52,824 bases of DNA from a virus. Lineage: Duplodnaviria > Caudoviricetes. The position numbers and the translations under genes were made by a program. The DNA lies in the IMG/VR virus record IMGVR_UViG_3300031576_000058, positions 1-52,824 of that record, one strand, 5' to 3'. The number at the start of each line of letters is the position of its first letter. Position 1 is the first letter of the stretch. Below the pieces are notes generated by a model. That model saw only the letters and a list, made by a program, of their open reading frames with translations. It was not told where the DNA came from and made no database searches. This document shows positions 45,535 through 52,824 of the stretch, in pieces.

Positions 45535-47093
45535 TCGGCCACCCTCCCATAGACCGTAGCCTCGGTAATCCGGAACGTCTCCCCCGGACCGCTATTGAAG
45601 CCTTCGATGCTGATGCGCGTCCCGTGGAAGCCGAGGCGCTTTTTCCTCCGACTACGTGCCACCACGCCGAGGCGGTCAACGCCTAAGACGAAGGAACCCA
45701 ACGGGACCCCGAGACCGCCCATGTTGAAATTCAGTGGCGTCACGGTTTTCAGGACTCCGTCGATATACACGTTTACGGACAGGTTGTAATTGCCCACGGA
45801 CTCGAACTCAAACTCCAGGAAGTCAAAGGTCTTCTTCCGCCCCTTCCACTCCGGGATGATCTCACCGAGATCGGCATGGTCCGTCTGGAAAACCCCGATG
45901 TAGCCGAGCCCATTCTTGGACCGGGTAGACTCGTCCATCTTCCAGGCCTTGCCCGCATCATCCCCGAAGTACGGGCGGTCGATGCCACCGATCTTCCGCA
46001 TGACTAAGGACTGGCACACATCCCGGTCGGAATACATGAAGCGCGGTCCGACCCGGGGGTTGTTGAAGTCGATCGTGACGCGCCGATCGTTCTTCGTAGA
46101 GCCGAGACCAGACACGGCCGCATAGGCCATCCGTTTGTCATCGTAGTAAATCAGGTGGGCAAAGGGCATCCTGGACGGGCTGATCTGGGCCCGCTGCCAT
46201 TCCTCCATTTTGGGGCTGAAGATGTTCGATGATTCCGCGTCCCTCTCTACCCCGGTCCGACTGAGGACGTGGAAGTGGCCTATGGCATCGGGGAAGAGCA
46301 CATCGTTGGGAATGGCCACAGGCCCGTAGGGCCCCGAAGATCCCACCGCCCAACTCTGGGGGTCGTACCGCCAGTTCACGGGGTTAATTTGCGAGGTATC
46401 AATGATGAAGATGCCCTTGGGGTACTTGAACACGATGAGCATCTTAGCGAAGCTCCAGGCGGCAGAAATATACTGCGAGAATCCGGGCTCGATCGGGATG
46501 AGCACTCCGCCGCTGGCCGCCCGGAAGTCTTCATGGTCGGTCGGGCTCGAGACGTAGGCCACATGATCCAGGAAGGCCCACAGCCGCCCTTGGTGGACGA
46601 TCCCATGGAAGGGCTGCCGCGCCCCGACCCAATCACCCCCGGTTGGGGGGTTGGCGATCGAGGTCATCGCCACGAAATCTCCGGATCCCACCCGAGGCGA
46701 GGTGTTCCCGTCAAAGATGAACATCTTTTTGGCCCGGCCGACAAGCTCCGCCCCACCCTCAATGATGTGCGGGGGGTGCCGGGTGGCCGTGAGCGTTCCA
46801 GGTGCCAGCGGCGTCGTGGGGAAGGTCCAGGCCCCTTCGTCCCGCTTCACCGACCCATCGGATACTACGGCAATCAACCGCTGCGTCAGACTGTCGGGCC
46901 ACCAGTCCCGCATCGCCAGGATGGAACCAGCCAAGGCCGAGGCGTTCTGCGGGGTCGCGCCGCCCTCTTTCTCCAGGATGTTGTTCTCCAGCGTCCCGTT
47001 CCTGTAGTTGATGAGGCCAGCGATAGGAACACGAGTAATTCCATACATTCCGTCAGTTCCAATAGGAATTGGTGCTCGTGTGCCCACGTACAT
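45531..47093 (-). CDS. Tail nozzle/stabilisation protein (beta-propeller, P22 gp10-like)
   Basis: 520 aa, GRLW, beta-rich; position in the module. Confidence 0.65.
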   Translation of the reverse strand: MYVGTRAPIPIGTDGMYGITRVPIAGLINYRNGTLENNILEKEGGATPQNASALAGSILAMRDWWPDSLTQRLIAVVSDGSVKRDEGAWTFPTTPLAPGTLTATRHPPHIIEGGAELVGRAKKMFIFDGNTSPRVGSGDFVAMTSIANPPTGGDWVGARQPFHGIVHQGRLWAFLDHVAYVSSPTDHEDFRAASGGVLIPIEPGFSQYISAAWSFAKMLIVFKYPKGIFIIDTSQINPVNWRYDPQSWAVGSSGPYGPVAIPNDVLFPDAIGHFHVLSRTGVERDAESSNIFSPKMEEWQRAQISPSRMPFAHLIYYDDKRMAYAAVSGLGSTKNDRRVTIDFNNPRVGPRFMYSDRDVCQSLVMRKIGGIDRPYFGDDAGKAWKMDESTRSKNGLGYIGVFQTDHADLGEIIPEWKGRKKTFDFLEFEFESVGNYNLSVNVYIDGVLKTVTPLNFNMGGLGVPLGSFVLGVDRLGVVARSRRKKRLGFHGTRISIEGFNSGPGETFRITEATVYGRVAE

Positions 47094-47945
47094 CTAGGCC
47101 GCCTCCGTCCGGGACCCGTGGAGGGGCAATCGCTTCCGACGATCGTCCTCAAAGATCTTGGCCTTCCCCACGGCAAAGATTTGCAAGGTGTCTCCCTGCT
47201 TGTTGTCGTTCTTGACGTACTGGATCCAGTAGAGCCCCCCATCCGCGATGACGTAGCGCCAGTTGCGTGGGATCAGGATGGTGACGCTACCCGCAATGTC
47301 CGTAGGAATGACGGTGTAGGGGTACTCGATGCGGCGGGCCCGGTCCGGATAGCCCTCGAACCGAATCTTTTGCTCGGCAATCCGGGCGAAATACCGGGGA
47401 GGCCACACCGGGTCGGGCGGGTCCGGATAGTTCTCTCTCAGCCATTCCTGGGACCGCTGAAGGACCTCCCAGGAGTTCTCGCCCAGGAACATCCCGATGA
47501 TGTGCCGGACATCGGAGGCGAGGCTATATTCATCCTGGAAAACGGTAAAGGTCGCGGCGGCATTGTTAGGACCGTTGAAGGCCGCATCGAGGGTGGCCGG
47601 GCCCAGACCGCCGGTGTGGGTGGCGATCCGGTACACCTCCGCGATGCCCTGGATGATGATTTTCCGCCCCTGGACCGAGGAGACAGGTGGGCTCGAGAAA
47701 CTTATCGATCCGTTGCCGTTGGTGACGTTGACCGTGCCGGCCGTGATGGGGGCCACGGTGCTGATGGCTCCAGGGGGGTCCGCTCTGGTGAACAGGTAAT
47801 CGGCCTCGTTGCAGATTTCCTGGTAGGCCCGGACGACCGCCCGCTGGGCATCGACGTAGAAATCGTCAACGGCAGCGACAGCTTCCCCGCCGGAGCGGGA
47901 AATCACGTCCTGGACCAAATCGGCAAAGTTATCGAAGTTCGCCAC
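47094..47945 (-). CDS. Head-tail adaptor with inserted beta domain
   Basis: Helical ends; TAGTVNVTNG insert; position in the module. Confidence 0.6.
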   Translation of the reverse strand: MANFDNFADLVQDVISRSGGEAVAAVDDFYVDAQRAVVRAYQEICNEADYLFTRADPPGAISTVAPITAGTVNVTNGNGSISFSSPPVSSVQGRKIIIQGIAEVYRIATHTGGLGPATLDAAFNGPNNAAATFTVFQDEYSLASDVRHIIGMFLGENSWEVLQRSQEWLRENYPDPPDPVWPPRYFARIAEQKIRFEGYPDRARRIEYPYTVIPTDIAGSVTILIPRNWRYVIADGGLYWIQYVKNDNKQGDTLQIFAVGKAKIFEDDRRKRLPLHGSRTEAA

Positions 47946-47972
47946 GAGCGGCCCCCCGGAACGGGACGGCCG

Positions 47973-48221
47973 CTACGAGCGCCGGTCCGGCTTGTTCGGC
48001 GCGTGGAGGTTCGGAGACTTGCTCTGCTCGATCCCCGACTTCCCCCGCGTGGTCAGGTCAACCTTGGTCCCCTTACTGATGCCCGCGAACCGCCCAAGCT
48101 GCGCGTTCGCTTTCTCGCTCGTCTTGGAGATGCCGAGCTTCTCTGTATCGCCCTTCGGCTCAAGCCCCTGTCGGTTGGCCCGCTTCAACGCATCCTTGCC
48201 CGGATTGGGGTCTACGCTCAT
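47973..48221 (-). CDS. Small basic protein
   Basis: RBS AAGGAGG. Confidence 0.55.
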   Translation of the reverse strand: MSVDPNPGKDALKRANRQGLEPKGDTEKLGISKTSEKANAQLGRFAGISKGTKVDLTTRGKSGIEQSKSPNLHAPNKPDRRS

Positions 48222-48233
48222 GGTGTCCTCCTT

Positions 48234-48422
48234 TTACAGAATGGCCGCATGGAACTCTTCCCGCGCGATCTCTTGTTGACTCACCTCCTCATGTCCGCAG
48301 AATGGGCAGCACCGGACCTCCATCTCGCCCGACCCCTCCTGAACAATGACCCCAAACTGCGCGAGGCAGCTCAGGCAGAGGAAGCTATGGCTCACTCCTG
48401 GCTCCCACCAGACGGTAAACAC
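48234..48422 (-). CDS. Small zinc-ribbon protein
   Basis: CLSC...CPFCG. Confidence 0.5.
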   Translation of the reverse strand: MFTVWWEPGVSHSFLCLSCLAQFGVIVQEGSGEMEVRCCPFCGHEEVSQQEIAREEFHAAIL

Positions 48423-48919
48423 TATGGCGATGTGTAAACCGTCTGCTCGACCCCTCGATCGTTGGGGGGCACCCCGGCGCCATCGCCCAGGTCGGGATCC
48501 CCCTCGAAGATGGTCACCCCGACGGCGTTAAAGGCGGTCGTGCCGGGCGTGAAGCTGGCCGGAATCTGAATCCAGCCGATCGTGCAGCGGTTGGCCGTGC
48601 GCTTCGGGACCGGCGCGTTCTCATGGGCTCCCGCCGTGGCCCCTTCCTTCACCGTTACGGCCCCAGCGCTGTCGATCTCGACGCGCAGCTTCTTGAACTG
48701 ACTCGCGCCGGTGGCCGTGAACATGGCGCTGACGTTGATGTTGTCAGCGGCCGCCTTATTGTAGTAGGTGTCGCCGATCCAGTGCTGGAACGTGCTGACC
48801 TGCAGCTTATCGGTCTGCGAAGCCACGCGGACTTGGGCCCTTGTCATCATCCGGTTGGTCAAGGCCTGGAGGAGGCTCACCAGATCCGCCTGACTATATC
48901 CGATCGCTTTAACGATCAT
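48422..48919 (-). CDS. Putative capsid decoration protein
   Basis: 165 aa, FTPGTT motif; downstream of the capsid gene. Confidence 0.5.
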   Translation of the reverse strand: MIVKAIGYSQADLVSLLQALTNRMMTRAQVRVASQTDKLQVSTFQHWIGDTYYNKAAADNINVSAMFTATGASQFKKLRVEIDSAGAVTVKEGATAGAHENAPVPKRTANRCTIGWIQIPASFTPGTTAFNAVGVTIFEGDPDLGDGAGVPPNDRGVEQTVYTSP

Positions 48920-48928
48920 CGCCGCCTC

Positions 48929-49456
48929 CTATTCCAGGCCCATGGCCGCGAGCAGTGGTCGCCCGCGGTCCTGGTCCATGTCCTCGACCTTTCGGAGCCA
49001 CGCCGCATAGCGTTCAATCTTCAGCCGGACCTCCGGGAGGGCCCGGACCTCGAATTGCGGCATCCCGTCGCCGTCGACCTCTTCCAAAAACCTCACCAAA
49101 TGCGTGATGTGTCGACAGAGGGAGTACGGCTTCCCGTCCTTGGTGAGCTTCTCTCTGATGATCCGGCCCCGGCTGTCCACGCGGGGGAAGTCGTAGCTGG
49201 TCGCCCCCTCGTCGCTTGGGTGCCAGACTTGATTGCCCTCGCCGTCGTCCACCATGTCCACGGTCCCCGGGTAATACACGGTCCGCTTCGGGTGGCCCCC
49301 CAGATAGACGACTCTCGCCTCGACGTGCAGGGATCCCGGGACCGCCCGAGGCCTGGGGCGTTCGACGGATTCCTCGAAGTCCTCCGCCAGGGCTGGATTT
49401 TCCAGCAACTCTGATGGCGGAGGCGTCTCCTTGCGCTTCTTCGCTGGCTCTGGCAT
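48929..49456 (-). CDS. Hypothetical head-associated protein
   Basis: 175 aa, RBS AAGGAG. Confidence 0.6.
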   Translation of the reverse strand: MPEPAKKRKETPPPSELLENPALAEDFEESVERPRPRAVPGSLHVEARVVYLGGHPKRTVYYPGTVDMVDDGEGNQVWHPSDEGATSYDFPRVDSRGRIIREKLTKDGKPYSLCRHITHLVRFLEEVDGDGMPQFEVRALPEVRLKIERYAAWLRKVEDMDQDRGRPLLAAMGLE

Positions 49457-49458
49457 GG

Positions 49459-49602
49459 TTAGCTCCTTTCGATGATTTCAGCCCTGCCCCACCGTACTAG
49501 GGCCGCTTTCTGTGCGTGTAAACTTCTTTCCAGGGGAGCTGATCTCGCCCTGTGGAAGCTCTGCAGGGATTTTTCACGTTTGCAATGCCCACAATGTTTC
49601 AT
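49459..49602 (-). pseudogene. Remnant of a homing endonuclease (Zn-ribbon N-terminus)
   Basis: MKHCGHCKREKSLQSFHR..., 47 aa, lower GC. Confidence 0.45.
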
Positions 49603-49644
49603 GGTCGTTTGCGCGTAATCCCTCTAAGTGCCTGAATCTACACG

Positions 49645-50724
49645 CTAAACGTTAGATCTGTGAACGCGAACAGCGATCAATCCGTTATCCTGGGCGTTGA
49701 AGACGGCCTTGGTCACCTCGAGGATCGCCCCGATGGCAAAGCCGGTCTTGTTCGCATAGTCGAACGCCTGCTCCACCCACTCCGGCTTTTGACCCCAAGC
49801 GTAAGCACCAGCTTGGCGGCCGCAGAGCAGGTTTTCCGAGCCGTTCAGGTTCGAGGCTGATCCCCAGTTGGTAGTCACAGCCACGCGGGTACAGGACCGG
49901 ATAACCACCCCGTCATAGATCCCTTCCGCCCCGGTAAAGAGCGGGTTCTGGTTGCCGCGGACCTGCGCCTCACGCTGCGCCTGCGCCCAGTTGGGGTCCA
50001 AGGTCTTGAGATCGTGGAGCGAGTCCGGGCTGACCACGAGCAGGAAATACTCGCCGCCATCGATTTGCACCGGAAAGATCTGCGGGGTGGCCTTGCGGGC
50101 CACGGTCTTGGCCCTCGTGATGAGCGTCAAGGTCAAGATGTCGCCACTCTCGATTGTGGCTGTGGAGACCGCATCGCCTCCATAGACCGCCCGGGTCGGC
50201 GAAGTGGACAGCGCCGTAAAGATGCGGTTGTCGATAAACGCGGCGAGCCAGTCCTTGAGGAGCTGCTTCGCCGTCATGCGCTGACTGAAGGCGGTCCGGC
50301 GCTCGGACATTCGGCCCCTCAGCCGTACCGCGTTCCGGAACTGGTCGAGCGTGACGTTATCGCTGAAGAAGCTCACCGCCTCCTCGCTGCCCTCCAGGGT
50401 CGCATCACCTTGGATGCCGGCACCCGTGAGCTGTCTCGCCAGGGTAAATGTGATCGTATCGCCCGGATTGGCTTTCAGTTCCTTCTTCACCTGAATCACG
50501 CTGTTCGGACTCTCTTGCATGTACGGGCCCCAAAAGACCCGCTCCGGCAGTTCGATCCAGATATCCTCCGCCCACCGCTTGGCGGTTTCGGCGGCCCCAG
50601 CGGTCACCTCCGTATCGACACCGCCGACCATGGGCGGGACCAAGAGCACGAACAGGAACAGGGCCAGCCCCGCAAAGCCTCTGTTGGCCAGCCATAGACA
50701 CAATCGCACTTTCCAACTGGTCAT
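49645..50724 (-). CDS. Major capsid protein (N4 gp56/DUF4043 family) with hydrophobic N-terminal extension
   Basis: KEL...GDTITF.L...L.G.G..GD..LEG.EE, FTG..G.YDGV. Confidence 0.88.
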   Translation of the reverse strand: MTSWKVRLCLWLANRGFAGLALFLFVLLVPPMVGGVDTEVTAGAAETAKRWAEDIWIELPERVFWGPYMQESPNSVIQVKKELKANPGDTITFTLARQLTGAGIQGDATLEGSEEAVSFFSDNVTLDQFRNAVRLRGRMSERRTAFSQRMTAKQLLKDWLAAFIDNRIFTALSTSPTRAVYGGDAVSTATIESGDILTLTLITRAKTVARKATPQIFPVQIDGGEYFLLVVSPDSLHDLKTLDPNWAQAQREAQVRGNQNPLFTGAEGIYDGVVIRSCTRVAVTTNWGSASNLNGSENLLCGRQAGAYAWGQKPEWVEQAFDYANKTGFAIGAILEVTKAVFNAQDNGLIAVRVHRSNV

Positions 50725-50734
50725 CCGTCTCCTC

Positions 50735-51634
50735 CTACCCTTGCAGGTACCACTCCCACATCTCCTTCCTGTTTTTCTTGATCCACGCCTTTTGCTCGTC
50801 GGTCATCGCGTCGATCTGGCGCCTAGTGAGACCTGTCTGCGAAGACGTGGACGACGGCATGGTCGCGATACCCCGGGGTTTGCTGGCATTGTCGATGACT
50901 TTCGTGACGATCTCTTTCCGCCCGCGCTTCGCCCCGCGCTCTTCGATCTCGGTGGTCGAGGCCTCGTCCTCCTCGCCCAGCTTGCCTTTGGCGTACTCGT
51001 AGGCGGTCAACGCGGGGTTTTCGCTCAGGTAGATCATGTTCCACAGGAACGGATCCTTGGCCTTCCCTGTGCTGGGGTCGATCTTCACGGCCTCAAGCAC
51101 GCCGGCCTTAGCCAATACGTCGTCAAATTCGTCCACGCGGGATCGCATGATCTCCTGCGACAACGTGACCTTCGCCTGGATGCTCTCCATCCGGACTTTG
51201 CTCAGGTCCCGGCTGAACTCCTCCTTGATCTCGGACCGGACGGCCGTGACGAGCTCGTTCAGGTCGGCCATTTGGTTGTAGTCTTTGGATGCGGCGGGCT
51301 TGTCTGCCGCATCATCGGCCCTGCGCCGCTGTTCCTCGTCGAAGCGCCGACGCATCTGCTCGACTTCTTGGTACAGGCGCTTCCGCTTGCCGCGCTCCTC
51401 GTCCAGGGCCTCCTTGCGGACCATCTTCGGGGCTGGCGCGGCGGACGGCTCTTCGGTGACCTGTTCCTCTGTGGGCTCAGGGGTGCCGACCTCCAGACCC
51501 GCCTTCGGAAAGTCCTCGGGCAAGTCGATCTGGACCGCCTCCTCCCCTGCGGGCGGATCGAGCACGGCGGTCGCCGCCGTGGGTTCTGTCTCTACCGCTG
51601 GTGCGGCTTCGGGTTCCTTCTTCTTCCTTGCCAT
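50735..51634 (-). CDS. Scaffolding protein
   Basis: Acidic/Pro N-terminus, ALDEERGKRK coiled coil, NPA..AYEY; between portal and capsid. Confidence 0.8.
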   Translation of the reverse strand: MARKKKEPEAAPAVETEPTAATAVLDPPAGEEAVQIDLPEDFPKAGLEVGTPEPTEEQVTEEPSAAPAPKMVRKEALDEERGKRKRLYQEVEQMRRRFDEEQRRRADDAADKPAASKDYNQMADLNELVTAVRSEIKEEFSRDLSKVRMESIQAKVTLSQEIMRSRVDEFDDVLAKAGVLEAVKIDPSTGKAKDPFLWNMIYLSENPALTAYEYAKGKLGEEDEASTTEIEERGAKRGRKEIVTKVIDNASKPRGIATMPSSTSSQTGLTRRQIDAMTDEQKAWIKKNRKEMWEWYLQG

Positions 51635-51767
51635 GATGGTCGCTCCTCGCCTTAACGGGTTGGCTCCCGATGGGCCTTGCGGCCTTCGCCTTGGTGACCG
51701 GGGTGGCGCCCGAGGACCAGGGACCGCTGATCCGCCGTTGAGGGTTTAACGGGTTCCCTCAGCCCGC

Positions 51768-51818
51768 AAAACGAAATGCCCACCGGGTTTCCCCGATGGG
51801 CACTCTAAGAGTCGGCCC
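51768..51818 (-). promoter_or_regulatory. Antiterminator/terminator RNA element, copy 3 (before scaffold)
   Basis: GGGC-CGA-CTC-tta-GAG-t-GCCC...GGGC-atttcgtttt; TTGACA at 51866-51861. Confidence 0.8.
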
Positions 51819-51875
51819 CTCTAGTGATCTACCCTTATGTTCGCCACACGATCAGGCGATTGTCAACAAAAATCT

Positions 51876-52824
51876 CTACGTGGCCAGGCCTCCGAGGAGA
51901 CCCGCCCTCGAGGTTGCTTGGTCCTGGACAGCATCCACCGCTTCGGGCGTGGCTGCCTGGACGAGTTTGGACGGCGCCCCCGGGGTCCCGCCGCCACCTG
52001 GGGCCGGAGGGGCCTCTGGACCTTGCTGGCCCTGCATAATCTGTCGGACCCGCTGCAGGACCCGCTGGCGATCCGGAATATCGGTCAGTTCGATGATGAT
52101 ATCCACCAAGGCCGGGGCCAACTGCGGCACCTTGTCAAGGAGTTCCATGAGCATCACCAAGCCGGCCGCTCGGGCCGTGGGCGTCGACGGGGAATCCGAG
52201 ATGGTCATGTCGTACTTCAGCGATGGGATGTCCCGCTCCACCGTCACGCGCCCGCGCTTCTCGTCGATCTTGCGCTGGTTGATCGTGACAAACGCCGTCC
52301 CCCCGGACTCCTCATCCAGCCTGAGCGTCATTTCCGAGGTGTAAATCTGCTGGACGCGCTTGGCCAGACGTTTCCCGAAGATCCGCCGTGATCGCCGGTA
52401 GTTATCAAACAGGCCAGTGCTCCCCACTTGCCCCTGCTGTTGCAGCCGAGCAATGGCGATGCCGGATTGCGCCTGGGACGGTTGCCCCTGGAGCGGGGCG
52501 TTCACGAGGCTGATCTCACGGATCTCCTGCTTGGAAATCTGATCCTGGGCCATAACCCATTGGGGCATTTGCGGGACCTCGACGACTTCCGGCTTGGAGT
52601 TGGGATTCTTCCGCCATCCTACATTCCCCGCCCCCGCCCCTTCCGTCAGGAACTCCGGATTCTCAAGGTCGGTTCGCATCGCCAGCCACCGGAGATTGCC
52701 GAACCTCACGATGTTGTCAATTACCGAACTCCGGCGCTTATTCACTTCTCGCTGGGGGTCCTTCAGGTTCCGGACCAAGCCGAAGATCTCATCCCCCTCC
52801 CAATACCCCAAGAAGGGAACGAAG
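51876..52824 (-). CDS. Portal protein, C-terminal part
   Basis: GLVRNLKDPQREVNKRRS, SGIAI..LQQQG, YDMTISDSPS.PT.R (P22-portal-like). Confidence 0.9.
   Translation of the reverse strand, partial: FVPFLGYWEGDEIFGLVRNLKDPQREVNKRRSSVIDNIVRFGNLRWLAMRTDLENPEFLTEGAGAGNVGWRKNPNSKPEVVEVPQMPQWVMAQDQISKQEIREISLVNAPLQGQPSQAQSGIAIARLQQQGQVGSTGLFDNYRRSRRIFGKRLAKRVQQIYTSEMTLRLDEESGGTAFVTINQRKIDEKRGRVTVERDIPSLKYDMTISDSPSTPTARAAGLVMLMELLDKVPQLAPALVDIIIELTDIPDRQRVLQRVRQIMQGQQGPEAPPAPGGGGTPGAPSKLVQAATPEAVDAVQDQATSRAGLLGGLAT

Noticed and set aside
46269-48437. Long plus-strand ORFs (722 aa here; also 34853-36658, 6578-7879, 2606-3733, 50519-51655)
   Set aside because: Antisense shadows of well-supported minus-strand genes in high-GC DNA, with no recognisable motifs.
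1-52824. Genome-wide amber recoding
   Set aside because: Conserved genes are uninterrupted in the standard code, TAG ends genes at expected lengths and no suppressor tRNA is seen.
52693-52824. Physical direct terminal repeat of the virion DNA
   Set aside because: It falls mid-portal and its length is typical of an assembler overlap; it cannot be taken as a packaging end.

Overview
The window is a complete, circularly assembled temperate tailed-phage genome of about 52.7 kb with high GC. Bases 1-132 repeat 52693-52824, and the portal gene runs across that junction. The virion module is podovirus-like: P22-like portal, scaffold, N4-gp56/DUF4043-type major capsid, adaptor and nozzle, collar-domain fibre, and three ejection proteins, one of them a 2557-aa polyvalent protein with a JAB/RadC motif. 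A lambda-like divergent immunity region lies at 23.7-24.8 kb. Its left operon reads Cro-like, RHH, tyrosine integrase, attP (3' half of a tRNA-Glu), replication initiator, DnaB, nuclease, DNA methyltransferase, then accessory genes. Its right operon holds an HNH nuclease, recombination genes and an intein-containing HerA/DUF87 ATPase. Five observations stand out. (1) A three-copy RNA element forms mutually exclusive antiterminator and terminator hairpins in front of each late module. (2) Two related cloverleaf-like structured RNAs lie at 16.4-16.9 kb. (3) attP sits inside the early operon, so integration would separate the replication genes from their promoter. (4) A secreted virion-like protein is paired with an O-antigen ligase/OTase-family gene. 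(5) The capsid and fibre proteins carry export-type leaders. All family calls come from motif recognition by eye; no database searches or folding programs were run, and the host cannot be determined from this sequence.
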